Below are positions 56,654-64,000 of a DNA stretch of 64,000 nucleotides, one piece after another (the stretch's first letter is position 1; the number at the start of each line of letters is the position of its first letter). Under the pieces are notes generated by a model. It saw only the letters and a list, made by a program, of their open reading frames with translations. It did no database searches and had not been told where the DNA came from. Both the position numbers and the translations under genes were made by a program. The DNA is from Bdellovibrionales bacterium. Its GTDB lineage: Bacteria > Bdellovibrionota > Bdellovibrionia > Bdellovibrionales > UBA1609. The DNA is taken from assembly GCA_020850475.1 (NCBI GenBank), contig JADZEO010000010.1:33411-97410 (forward strand), in the 5' to 3' direction.

Positions 56654-56669
56654 AGCAATAACTTTGCCA
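56654..56669 (-). promoter_or_regulatory. Sigma-54 promoter TGGCAA-N5-TTGCT
   Basis: Read on the minus strand. GG/GC are in exact -24/-12 register, 28 nt upstream of the radical SAM GTG. Confidence 0.6.
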
Positions 56670-56729
56670 GGGTTTGGAGAGCGGTCTCAGACGGTCAAAT
56701 CGAATTGGCGGGTGCTTGGTCGCAAAACC

Positions 56730-56764
56730 GGCGCTGGTGAAGGGTTTCACCGGCGCCATTTTTT
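56730..56764. terminator. 12-bp GC-rich hairpin with T6 on the plus side and T4 on the minus side
   Basis: GGCGCTGGTGAA-GGGT-TTCACCGGCGCC, read directly, 46 nt downstream of the lipoprotein stop (minus strand). It separates that gene from the radical SAM promoter. Confidence 0.55.
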
Positions 56765-56802
56765 CCAATCGGAGGGACAAAAAGTGTCAAAATGACACCA
56801 TC

Positions 56803-57684
56803 TTAAGTGGGCGGAACGGGTGCAGTTTCGGCTTTATTGAAGATCAAAATAAAGCTGCGAAACACGCCGCCTTGGGTGGGGCGCTCAATCAGCATGCGAA
56901 TCTCATTGGCGTTGCTGGCGCGCAGATGAAGTTTAGTGCCCTTGGTTGCACCATCGCGAGTGGTGGTAAAGAACTCGCCCGAGACGTCAAGCAAGGTACT
57001 GTCGAGAAGGCTCAAAGGTTGAACGGCAGTTGAGGGCGGAGTGTCGTGACTGAGGACTTCGCCCACGTCACCACTCGGGATGTTCATTTCAAAAAAGATC
57101 GGCTGATTAACCTTAATGCCGGTTTCACCTTCTTTGACAATCTCCAGTGCGAGGGTAGCGGCGTTGGTCAGGGGACTTGAGCCGCCATGGCTGCGGTTGT
57201 TGGAAAGAAAGCTTTCCTTTTCAATTCCAATTTGATTGCCCGTGGTTTTAACTTTTGCCGCCAATATAGCGCGGTAGCTGTTGTTGGACTGCACAACCGT
57301 CGCAATCACTTGGCTCAAGCGATAGGTACCTTCCGGAATGTCCTTCAAGGTCTTTTTTGGAATGTTGGGACCAAAGGCACTGGCAATGACTTCATCGATT
57401 TGCTTGTTGGCAGCCTCATTAGCGCCCGCCAAGTTGGTGAGCGGACTCGGAGCCCCCGCGCCTGGTGCGGCGGCAGGACCTGCGGCCGGAGCGCTAGGTG
57501 CGCCGGGTTTGGCTGGAGTTGCGCCCGGGGCGGGTTTGGCGCCAGCAGTACCGGGTTTCTGATTAAGGCCGCGCCCTTTGCGAACGCGCTCTTTCTTATC
57601 ATTAGATGATGGGGCACAACCAACGAGAGCCGTGGTCGCCACAAAGGAAACGAGAATAATGGCGATCGCCAAAAGGTTTTTCAT
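56803..57684 (-). CDS. Hypothetical lipoprotein with Ala/Pro/Gly-rich linker
   Basis: Signal peptide plus lipobox (ALVGC), followed by (AP/GA)-rich low complexity and then a globular domain. No family recognised. Confidence 0.55.
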   Translation of the reverse strand: MKNLLAIAIILVSFVATTALVGCAPSSNDKKERVRKGRGLNQKPGTAGAKPAPGATPAKPGAPSAPAAGPAAAPGAGAPSPLTNLAGANEAANKQIDEVIASAFGPNIPKKTLKDIPEGTYRLSQVIATVVQSNNSYRAILAAKVKTTGNQIGIEKESFLSNNRSHGGSSPLTNAATLALEIVKEGETGIKVNQPIFFEMNIPSGDVGEVLSHDTPPSTAVQPLSLLDSTLLDVSGEFFTTTRDGATKGTKLHLRASNANEIRMLIERPTQGGVFRSFILIFNKAETAPVPPT

Positions 57685-57710
57685 TTAATACCTCCGCTTC
57701 TGGTTGGTCT

Positions 57711-57726
57711 TACAAAGGCAGTGCCG
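57711..57726 (-). promoter_or_regulatory. Weak sigma-54-like element cGGCAC-N5-TTGTA
   Basis: Read on the minus strand about 25 nt upstream of the GGAGG/ATG of the lipoprotein gene. The -12 dinucleotide is GT, not GC. Confidence 0.25.
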
Positions 57727-57765
57727 CTCGGGACTCCAGTTGGTTGAACGTGGGACCCCGTTTAT

Positions 57766-57791
57766 TTCGATTTGAGGAAACCCAAATCGAA
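57766..57791. promoter_or_regulatory. Perfect 9-bp inverted repeat TTCGATTTG-N8-CAAATCGAA in a divergent intergenic region (operator-like)
   Basis: Read directly, between the lipoprotein gene (minus) and the acyltransferase gene (plus). Confidence 0.4.
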
Positions 57792-57917
57792 TAGGCCTCA
57801 GACAGTGGTCCGCAAATTGGCAACAAGCCTTTGGTTGGACCGGAATTAAGTGGGCACATTGTCTGGCTTTGCCGAGGGAGGGCAGCAGTGGTAAATTGTG
57901 ATTCTGCCCTCAAGTGA

Positions 57918-59837
57918 ATGATCGAAGTGGGGTTTGTTTTGTCCCTCAGCCATCCGTCCTATCGCGCGGACATTGATGGATTGCGAGCGATTGCCGTCTT
58001 GGCGGTGGTGGTGTTTCATACCTTTCCGGCCTGGTTACCCGGTGGGTTTGTCGGAGTGGATGTATTCTTTGTTATCTCCGGCTTTCTGATCTCGACAATC
58101 TTGTTCTCGAGTTTAGAGAATAACAGTTTTAGTTTTTTCGAATTCTATTCCCGGCGAATAAGACGCATTTTTCCGGCGCTCGCAATAGTTTTAATTTTTT
58201 GTCTATTGGCTGGGTGGTGGGTGGCCTTGCCCGGTGAATACCAACAATTGGCCAAGCACACGATCGCGGGTACGGCATTTGTCGCCAATTTTGTCTTTTG
58301 GCAGGAGACCGGATATTTTGATAATTCAGGCGACACAAAACCTCTCCTGCACCTGTGGAGTCTCGGAATCGAGGAGCAATTTTATATTGTCTGGCCACTC
58401 CTTCTCTGGGTGGGGTGGCGATTCAAGGTGAGGCCTGTCTTTGTCACTGTCGGTCTGGGCGTAACCTCTTTCTTATTCAACTTGCATGGTATCAAGACTG
58501 ATGTTGGAGCGACTTTCTACTCTCCTCATACTCGAATTTGGGAATTGCTAATGGGTGGGTTCGTGGCTTGGCTGGGACTCGATCCTCGCTGGTCGGCGAT
58601 GCCTGAGCGACTGACGCCGAAAGTTCGTCAACTTTGGCAAAACAGCTCATCAGTTATCGGAATGAGTTTAATTTTATACTCCACCCTCCAGTATTCCCGA
58701 TTTTCGAAATATCCTGGCACTTTGGCACTCCTTCCAACTTTTGGGACGGCCTTGATTATCGCTGGAGGCGGACCGAGTTGGCTCGGCCGCTACCTTCTCT
58801 CGAATCGCGTTTTGGTGTGGTTTGGGCTGATCAGTTACCCCCTTTACTTGTGGCACTGGCCATTGATTTCGTTTACTCGCTTCTTTGGGACCGAAGCCCC
58901 TGGCCCGTTCGTCAAGGCCGGCCTCGTGCTGCTGGCAACGCTCTTAGCCTGGATCACGTACAGGTTCATCGAGAGGCCTCTCCGCAAGGGAGTGGTGACC
59001 AGCAAGGTAACGGGCTTGCTGATTCTCACCCTAGTCAGTGTCGCCTTGATTGGTGTGATTATCTTTCGGGCAGGAGGTTTCGTTAATCGCTTTGCCTTCA
59101 ATGTCTCGTTAGATGAGCAGGCAATTGAACGGGAGCGAACCCGATACTTAACAAGCCGTCCTACGCGCGGCTTTGAAGGCAAACGAGTGAAGGTCCTGTT
59201 TTACGGAGACAGTCACGCCGCCGATTTGTACAAATCATTCTCGAATGATCCCGAAATTGGTTTGAATGTTTTAGGCATGGGACATCATTGCGTCGCTTTA
59301 GGTGCGGGAGCAGAACTTGGTTTCGAATCATTTGCGCCTCAATGCGCAGACAGTCTCAAATATTTGCTCAGCTCCAGAGAGTTGTCAGAAGCTAACGTGT
59401 TTGTTTACGGGTCGTTCTGGCGGAGAGATCTGGAATCGAGTGCCGCCGAAGCCGCCTATGAGCGAACGTGGGCTGAAATTCGCCGTGTTAACCCGACGAT
59501 CAAGATTGTTGTCTTTGGGCCCAAGCCGGTTTTAGGGATCGAGTGGCGGACAATCAATTCCATCGTACGCGGCCAAACCTCCAAAGCCCGACTCAATAGC
59601 TATCTCAATGAGGTGAAGGCGTTTCGCGAGCACGATAATCAGTATGCTAAGGCAATAGCCTCCAAGTTTGGGCTGGCTTACGTCGATGTGAGTGAGATCT
59701 ATTGCCGTGGTGGTTGTGTCTTTTATTCGGATAACAAGTTTGCCTACTTCGACAACAACCATTGGACCGAGTTCGGGGCGAAGGTGTTTTTCGACAAGTT
59801 TCGTCAGACAGAGGAATACCAAAATCTATTTCAATAG
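57918..59837 (+). CDS. Membrane O-acyltransferase (AT3 family) fused to a C-terminal SGNH-like domain (OafA/YrhL type)
   Basis: YRADIDGLRAIAVLAVVVFH start motif, about 10 TM helices, then a soluble tail of about 270 aa (VLFYGDSHA). Confidence 0.85.
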   Translation: MIEVGFVLSLSHPSYRADIDGLRAIAVLAVVVFHTFPAWLPGGFVGVDVFFVISGFLISTILFSSLENNSFSFFEFYSRRIRRIFPALAIVLIFCLLAGWWVALPGEYQQLAKHTIAGTAFVANFVFWQETGYFDNSGDTKPLLHLWSLGIEEQFYIVWPLLLWVGWRFKVRPVFVTVGLGVTSFLFNLHGIKTDVGATFYSPHTRIWELLMGGFVAWLGLDPRWSAMPERLTPKVRQLWQNSSSVIGMSLILYSTLQYSRFSKYPGTLALLPTFGTALIIAGGGPSWLGRYLLSNRVLVWFGLISYPLYLWHWPLISFTRFFGTEAPGPFVKAGLVLLATLLAWITYRFIERPLRKGVVTSKVTGLLILTLVSVALIGVIIFRAGGFVNRFAFNVSLDEQAIERERTRYLTSRPTRGFEGKRVKVLFYGDSHAADLYKSFSNDPEIGLNVLGMGHHCVALGAGAELGFESFAPQCADSLKYLLSSRELSEANVFVYGSFWRRDLESSAAEAAYERTWAEIRRVNPTIKIVVFGPKPVLGIEWRTINSIVRGQTSKARLNSYLNEVKAFREHDNQYAKAIASKFGLAYVDVSEIYCRGGCVFYSDNKFAYFDNNHWTEFGAKVFFDKFRQTEEYQNLFQ

Positions 59838-59915
59838 GTGTTTCTGCCTTCCACCCCAAGCTAGTTACTCGTTGATACTGCGAAGACCACCAAAGACTTC
59901 GGACTTACCTCTTAC

Positions 59916-60038
59916 GGGCACTTGGAGCCGTTGGCTTTATAGAGCCACAATCCCGAACCATAGACGTAGTAGGCGATAACACCATATTCGGGGATCGAAG
60001 TGGTGATACCAGCCCCGCCGGCATTCAGCGGAGAAGTG
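59916..60038. repeat. Copy A of a perfect 123-bp direct repeat (orphan copy of the 3' end of gene 62463..63224)
   Basis: Base-for-base identical to 62467-62589. It is followed on the minus strand by its own CCG-TAA, so a Pro-stop is retained with synonymous changes. Confidence 0.95.
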
Positions 60039-60040
60039 AT

Positions 60041-62308
60041 TTAGGGTTCGATCCTTATGCGGATGGTATGATAGTTTGGCGTTACCGCCTCAATGACTCG
60101 CTCGGCACTTGCGGGATCAGAGATGAGTTTGGAATTTCGCAAACCGGTCATGTCCTCAATGGTCCGCAGAATAAAATTTGTCGCCTCTCTTGGCGAAGCG
60201 CTGGCCTTTAAGCCCTCATCAAGTACTTGCCCTAGAGACCTTTGCTTGTCCCAGTACATTTGGTGACTGTGAAACACAAAGTTTCCTTGTCTTCCAGAGG
60301 CAAGGCTTTCGGTTATTTGGGAGATGGTCCGTCTCAAGCACCACTGACAGTATCCCCCAGCAAAGTGAAACTCCTTGGAGTTAAGCACCAGCCCGTCGGG
60401 TAGCTCTCCCCGTGATGAAAACTTCACGACGGTGGCTTGCTCATAGAGATCGCGAGAATTTACTTTAAAGTCGTCTCCCCCTAGTATCACGCGAGGAACT
60501 TTTTTGAATCGGGGATCAGTCTTGAGCATTTTGAGCGTGGCATCGGTGGTAAAATCAAACACCTGATGGGTGATTACAAACATCGAATCCATTTCTTGGC
60601 CTGCTTCGAGGGAATCAACAATGGCTTGGGTGCGAAAGGGAATTTGGGGGTTTGGAGAAAGGTCGATACTGCCTGTACGAATCAGAGCGGTCCGGGTTTC
60701 AGGCGTTACACAGCGCCCGGAAGGACAAGCCGCCATCAACTCCTCCCATTTTTTGCGTAAGGGCTCTTCGAGTGTTTTGAGCTGACTGTCAATTTTCCAA
60801 AAGTCATTTTTTAATGTTTCCACTTGGGCGGTCAGCTCAGCTATCTCCTTGGCTTCTTTAGGTTCGTTTGCTTGAATCAAAGTTTTCAATTTGCGCTCGG
60901 CGGAGTGGTACCGAGTGCTGGCGGCCTTCCACTCCTCCCGAAGTGGACTCAGGGCAGAATGCTGAGCTCTAATCGCCTCCAGGTTTCTCTCAAGGGAGGC
61001 TTCTCTGAGTAGTTGGCGAAGCTGTTCTTCCGAGGCCACCTTTTGCGGGGTGATAGCTTTGACCGCCTCAATTCGTCCGCTGGTGATTTGGCCAAGGGCT
61101 TCTTTGGCCACTTTGGTTGTGGCGTAAATGCCCAGGGTGTTCAAAACACTGACAAGCAAACAATTTTCTGCGGTTTGAGACGCGAGAACGTGTTCTTCAC
61201 ATGACGAGGCCCTTCGATTTCTGGTGGTCTTGCCGCTGAGGCTAACCTCCTGGCCGAAGCAAGCGCTTTGTGCCTGGCTGAGACTCGCTGCCGTGCCCCC
61301 GGCCGCCGCTAAAACCCTCAGTATCCCTGCGGTTCGAATGGATATCGACCCGGCCGCGACGGCTCCGGTCAATGATGAGGCCAATCCGGCCACACCAATT
61401 TTGGCAAGCCCTAAGGCAGCGCCGGGGCCTACGATGGATAAACCAATGAGGGTTCGATCACGATACTGAGCTCCGCTGCCGTACTTGGCGTCCACTCGAC
61501 AGGCCAGGGGTTTGAGAAGGTTTTGAATTTCGGAGTTTTCGTTTCTAAAAGTTTCGACCAAGTCAGTATCTTGAGCCAAGGACTCTCGGGTGTTGGTATC
61601 GAGCGAGGCACCCCCAGTTTGAATTCCGGTCCTGAGGTTAGTCCTATTTTCCTTGATGAGGTCGAAGGAAGCTTTTGTGGCCTTTTTAATCAGATCGGCA
61701 GTTTGCTTTTCAAGCCAGCCATCGAGTCGATCGGGCGCGTAAGTTTCATATTGTGAAATGACGTAGGTGATGACCTTCCTAAAGGGAGCGATATCGGCGA
61801 AGGGAAGAGACTCAATGAGGGCAAGAGCCCTCATTCGGGAGTTTTCGTAAGCGCGGAGAGAGGCTGGATTCATCGGAGTTGTCTTCAATTCCTTCATCCG
61901 CCGCTTTTCGATTCCGAGTAAAGTGACTTTGGCTTGATAGTCTCTCACAAAGGCCGTGAGATCGCCCGGCGACGTAATTAACCGTGAAATCTGCTTTTCG
62001 GTGCAGGCAAGTTGTTGATCTCGAATTTCCGCTAAGCCAACTAAATAGGTGGCTTCGGCAGTCTCACTTGATTCTTCGCTCAAAAGGTTGATTCGGCTCA
62101 GGGTGCCTGATTTGTGGCTACAGGACCAACAGGTATCAGCCTCTAATGTGGAATTGTTCGTTTCTCTGACGTTCTTGATTAATGGAGGGCAGTCACCAGT
62201 CCAGAGTTTGTACGACAATTCAGCAAAAAACTGAGCCTGGGCGGTCCAACTGCCAACCGCCAAAAAGAGATAGACCAAAGAAGGGAAAATCGCTTTATCT
62301 ATATTCAT
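60041..62308 (-). CDS. Hypothetical 755-aa secreted protein with Gly/Ala-rich hydrophobic core segment and coiled coils
   Basis: Signal peptide MNIDKAIFPSLVYLFLAVGSWTAQA. Central segment LIGLSIVGPGAALGLAKIGVAGLASSLTGAVAAGSISIRTAGILRVLAAAGGTAA. No family recognised. Confidence 0.6.
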   Translation of the reverse strand: MNIDKAIFPSLVYLFLAVGSWTAQAQFFAELSYKLWTGDCPPLIKNVRETNNSTLEADTCWSCSHKSGTLSRINLLSEESSETAEATYLVGLAEIRDQQLACTEKQISRLITSPGDLTAFVRDYQAKVTLLGIEKRRMKELKTTPMNPASLRAYENSRMRALALIESLPFADIAPFRKVITYVISQYETYAPDRLDGWLEKQTADLIKKATKASFDLIKENRTNLRTGIQTGGASLDTNTRESLAQDTDLVETFRNENSEIQNLLKPLACRVDAKYGSGAQYRDRTLIGLSIVGPGAALGLAKIGVAGLASSLTGAVAAGSISIRTAGILRVLAAAGGTAASLSQAQSACFGQEVSLSGKTTRNRRASSCEEHVLASQTAENCLLVSVLNTLGIYATTKVAKEALGQITSGRIEAVKAITPQKVASEEQLRQLLREASLERNLEAIRAQHSALSPLREEWKAASTRYHSAERKLKTLIQANEPKEAKEIAELTAQVETLKNDFWKIDSQLKTLEEPLRKKWEELMAACPSGRCVTPETRTALIRTGSIDLSPNPQIPFRTQAIVDSLEAGQEMDSMFVITHQVFDFTTDATLKMLKTDPRFKKVPRVILGGDDFKVNSRDLYEQATVVKFSSRGELPDGLVLNSKEFHFAGGYCQWCLRRTISQITESLASGRQGNFVFHSHQMYWDKQRSLGQVLDEGLKASASPREATNFILRTIEDMTGLRNSKLISDPASAERVIEAVTPNYHTIRIRIEP

Positions 62309-62462
62309 GAAACTCCGGAAGCATAGTTAAAATTCGGCCCTTTTTGAGCCCGACTTTACGACGCTCGGCAGGGCTTTGCGCAAAATTTGACTGTCAGAGC
62401 AGTTGCTCGAGGTGTCTGATCAGGTCCAGGTGGTTTGGTGGAACGTCCGCTTAGGTTCGGTC

Positions 62463-63698
62463 CTAAGGGCACTTGGAGCCGTTGGCTTTATAGAGCCACA
62501 ATCCCGAACCATAGACGTAGTAGGCGATAACACCATATTCGGGGATCGAAGTGGTGATACCAGCCCCGCCGGCATTCAGCGGAGAAGTGCCATGGGCCGC
62601 CCAAGCATTGGTGGTGGGATCGTATTGGTAAATGGCTCCGGTCTTGTCGAGAAAAATAAAATTTCCGCCGCTCGGGTCTTCAGTAAACCAACCGCTGCCG
62701 GTGTTGATCGAGAAGGCAACTGGGGGAGTGGGAATCGAGCTCACTTTACGATCGGCTGTTAACTTATAGAGCGACGAACCAGCGGTGGAGCCAAAGATCA
62801 TGACGTTGGATGCGGGATTGTAGCGAGCCGTGGCATATCCGGAAGCAAAGTTCGCAAGATTCGAAGCCAAAGTCGTCCAGGTTTTAGTTTGATCATTATA
62901 AAGCGCGACCGTGGCGTCGTCGGTGGTGGCTTCAACCAAACCCATTCCCTTGAAATAGCCGATCGCTCGCGTGCCCCAGTATTGACTGGCGTTGCGGCTG
63001 GAACCGGGATCCAAAGTCCACACCCCACTGCGGGTGTCATAGGCATAGAGCGATCCAAACCGAATCAAATAGTGAATTCCCTTGTCGGTATCCATGGCAT
63101 TGGTGCTGTAGGCGTGCATCGCCCAGGTCCAGACATTGGAGTCGGTGTAGTTAATCGCCGTTGGGCGAACTTCGTAGGTCCACTTCATGGTGTTTTCACA
63201 CAAACGGATAAACGCCGGTTGCACGAGGTGGCCCGCGCCATAAAAATAAAAGCAGCGGGTGTAGGGATCCCAACCCGCACTATTTGCCCAATCGAGATGT
63301 TGGGTGGATTGAGACGCTCACTCCAGGCATTTGGCCGGCACAAAAATGGAGTGGTTTTTGTAAACGCCACGGGTCCACTCAAGGTCAACGCCTTCGAGCC
63401 AAATCTTAGTTCCCTTGTCGAGATTGCCGGCCCGTGAACTCATGGGGTTTGGGACTTTAAAGAAGGCGCAACTCACTTTAGTGACGCGGTAACCGGCGGA
63501 AAACGTGGCCGGACCTCGTTTGACGGGAAGCTTTTTCGGCGGGCCCGAGGCCAAGAGCTCCTCGGGAATTTCTTTGGCCGTGAGCACCAAGCCCCGCAAC
63601 TGGGGTTGCCCATCGCCTTGAGCTTCAGCCAAGTTCCCGGCGCTCAGTGACCCGAGTAAAATCGCCGTGAAGAGTTGGAATTTGAAAATACCCATCAA
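62463..63698 (-). pseudogene. Secreted SH3-like + beta-propeller-repeat protein gene interrupted by a single in-frame TGA (63318-63320); pseudogene or recoded
   Basis: Track ORFs 63318..63698 (signal peptide) and 62463..63224 are in the same frame. The 31 codons between them have no stop. Repeated blade-like motifs are present (LYAYD, ALYND, SLYKL, IYQYD, LWLYK). Confidence 0.5.
62467..62589. repeat. Copy B of the perfect 123-bp direct repeat (native 3' end of the propeller-repeat gene)
   Basis: Identical to 59916-60038. Encodes the last 41 codons (TSPLNAGGAGITTSIPEYGVIAYYVYGSGLWLYKANGSKCP). Confidence 0.95.
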
Positions 63699-63780
63699 CA
63701 GGCGTATCGGATTGAAATCGAATCAGCTTGACCAAACTGGCCTTACATCGAGGGGGTCCAAGGTCCGTAAGTATTCCGAC

Positions 63781-63999
63781 TCAAAAACCCGGCTGTTCGC
63801 CTTCGCGAAAGACGAGTTCAAATTCGGTGATGGGGAGCTCTTCGGGTTTGCTGAGTTTGCGATTGTACTCGTCGACTGAATAGGGAAAGGTCACCGTGCC
63901 CTCGGGCCAAGTGAAGTCACGGCGAGGCCAACGTGGGGCGATTTGTTTCATGTATTCAGACCAAATGGGCAAAGCTCCCGAAGCCCCGGTCAGTCCATG
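63781..63999 (-). CDS. Class A penicillin-binding protein, C-terminal end (partial; 5' end beyond the right edge)
   Basis: The frame is open to the window edge. ...HGLTGASGALPIWSEYMKQI resembles the conserved PBP1 segment near the end of the transpeptidase domain. Confidence 0.5.
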   Translation of the reverse strand, partial: HGLTGASGALPIWSEYMKQIAPRWPRRDFTWPEGTVTFPYSVDEYNRKLSKPEELPITEFELVFREGEQPGF

Positions 64000-64000
64000 A

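Noticed and set aside
60041-60060. GGTTCGATCC T-loop-like motif (and GTTCGAATCC at about 13089), suggesting tRNA genes
   Set aside because: No acceptor, D or anticodon stems can be drawn around either site. Both lie inside well-supported coding frames.
63250-63320. Selenocysteine decoding of the in-frame TGA (the C-L-E-TGA context)
   Set aside because: I could not draw a SECIS-like hairpin with an appropriate apical loop 11-37 nt downstream, and no sel genes are in the window. It is kept only as a low-probability alternative in the findings.

Overview
This 64-kb chromosomal window has no rRNA, tRNA or CRISPR locus that I could detect. Gene content looks like a sigma-54-rich, lipoprotein-rich, flagellated and piliated Gram-negative, possibly Bdellovibrionota or Myxococcota style. 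That taxonomic guess is inference only.

Layout, left to right:
- 1-7.8 kb: two divergent prepilin-type proteins (one runs off the left edge and is missing from the ORF track), a small secreted protein, a cytoplasmic histidine kinase, an NtrC-type sigma-54 activator and an M14 peptidase.
- 7.9-11.2 kb: glmU-glmS.
- 11.15-13.6 kb: an accessory patch just downstream of glmS, with three short tandem-repeat arrays, an IS200/RAYT-like HUH gene and a coiled-coil lipoprotein.
- 13.8-19.3 kb: trmFO, a DUF721-like gene, an M23 peptidase and an mlaEFD-like operon.
- 19.5-35.6 kb: one long flagellar operon. It runs AMIN/TPR protein, receiver-less sigma-54 activator, flgB, flgC, fliE, fliF, fliG, fliH, fliI, fliJ, a motE-like gene, fliK, flgD, a small flagellar operon protein and flgE. 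An M13-like peptidase pair follows.
- 37.9-51.1 kb: a LamB-type porin, an orphan LivK-like binding protein, pfkA, hup, yacG, two tandem paralogous VWA lipoproteins and ileS-lspA-lgt.
- 51.1-57.7 kb: a lipoprotein, a radical SAM/SPASM enzyme, a CHASE2-like kinase and a sigma-54 activator.
- 57.9-64 kb: an AT3/SGNH acyltransferase, a 755-aa secreted protein bracketed by a perfect 123-bp direct repeat, a propeller gene with one in-frame TGA, and a partial class A PBP.

Most interesting observations:
- The radical SAM/SPASM, CHASE2 kinase and activator unit sits behind a near-consensus -24/-12 promoter.
- The repeat-bounded single-gene cassette is in frame with a duplicated gene tail.
- The repeat arrays and HUH gene occupy the position downstream of glmS.
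- A roughly 180-nt hairpin has wobble pairs that favour a plus-strand RNA.
- The duplicated VWA lipoproteins share a TGGCAC-N5-TTGG motif.

All function calls rest on motif recognition by eye. No database search was run.
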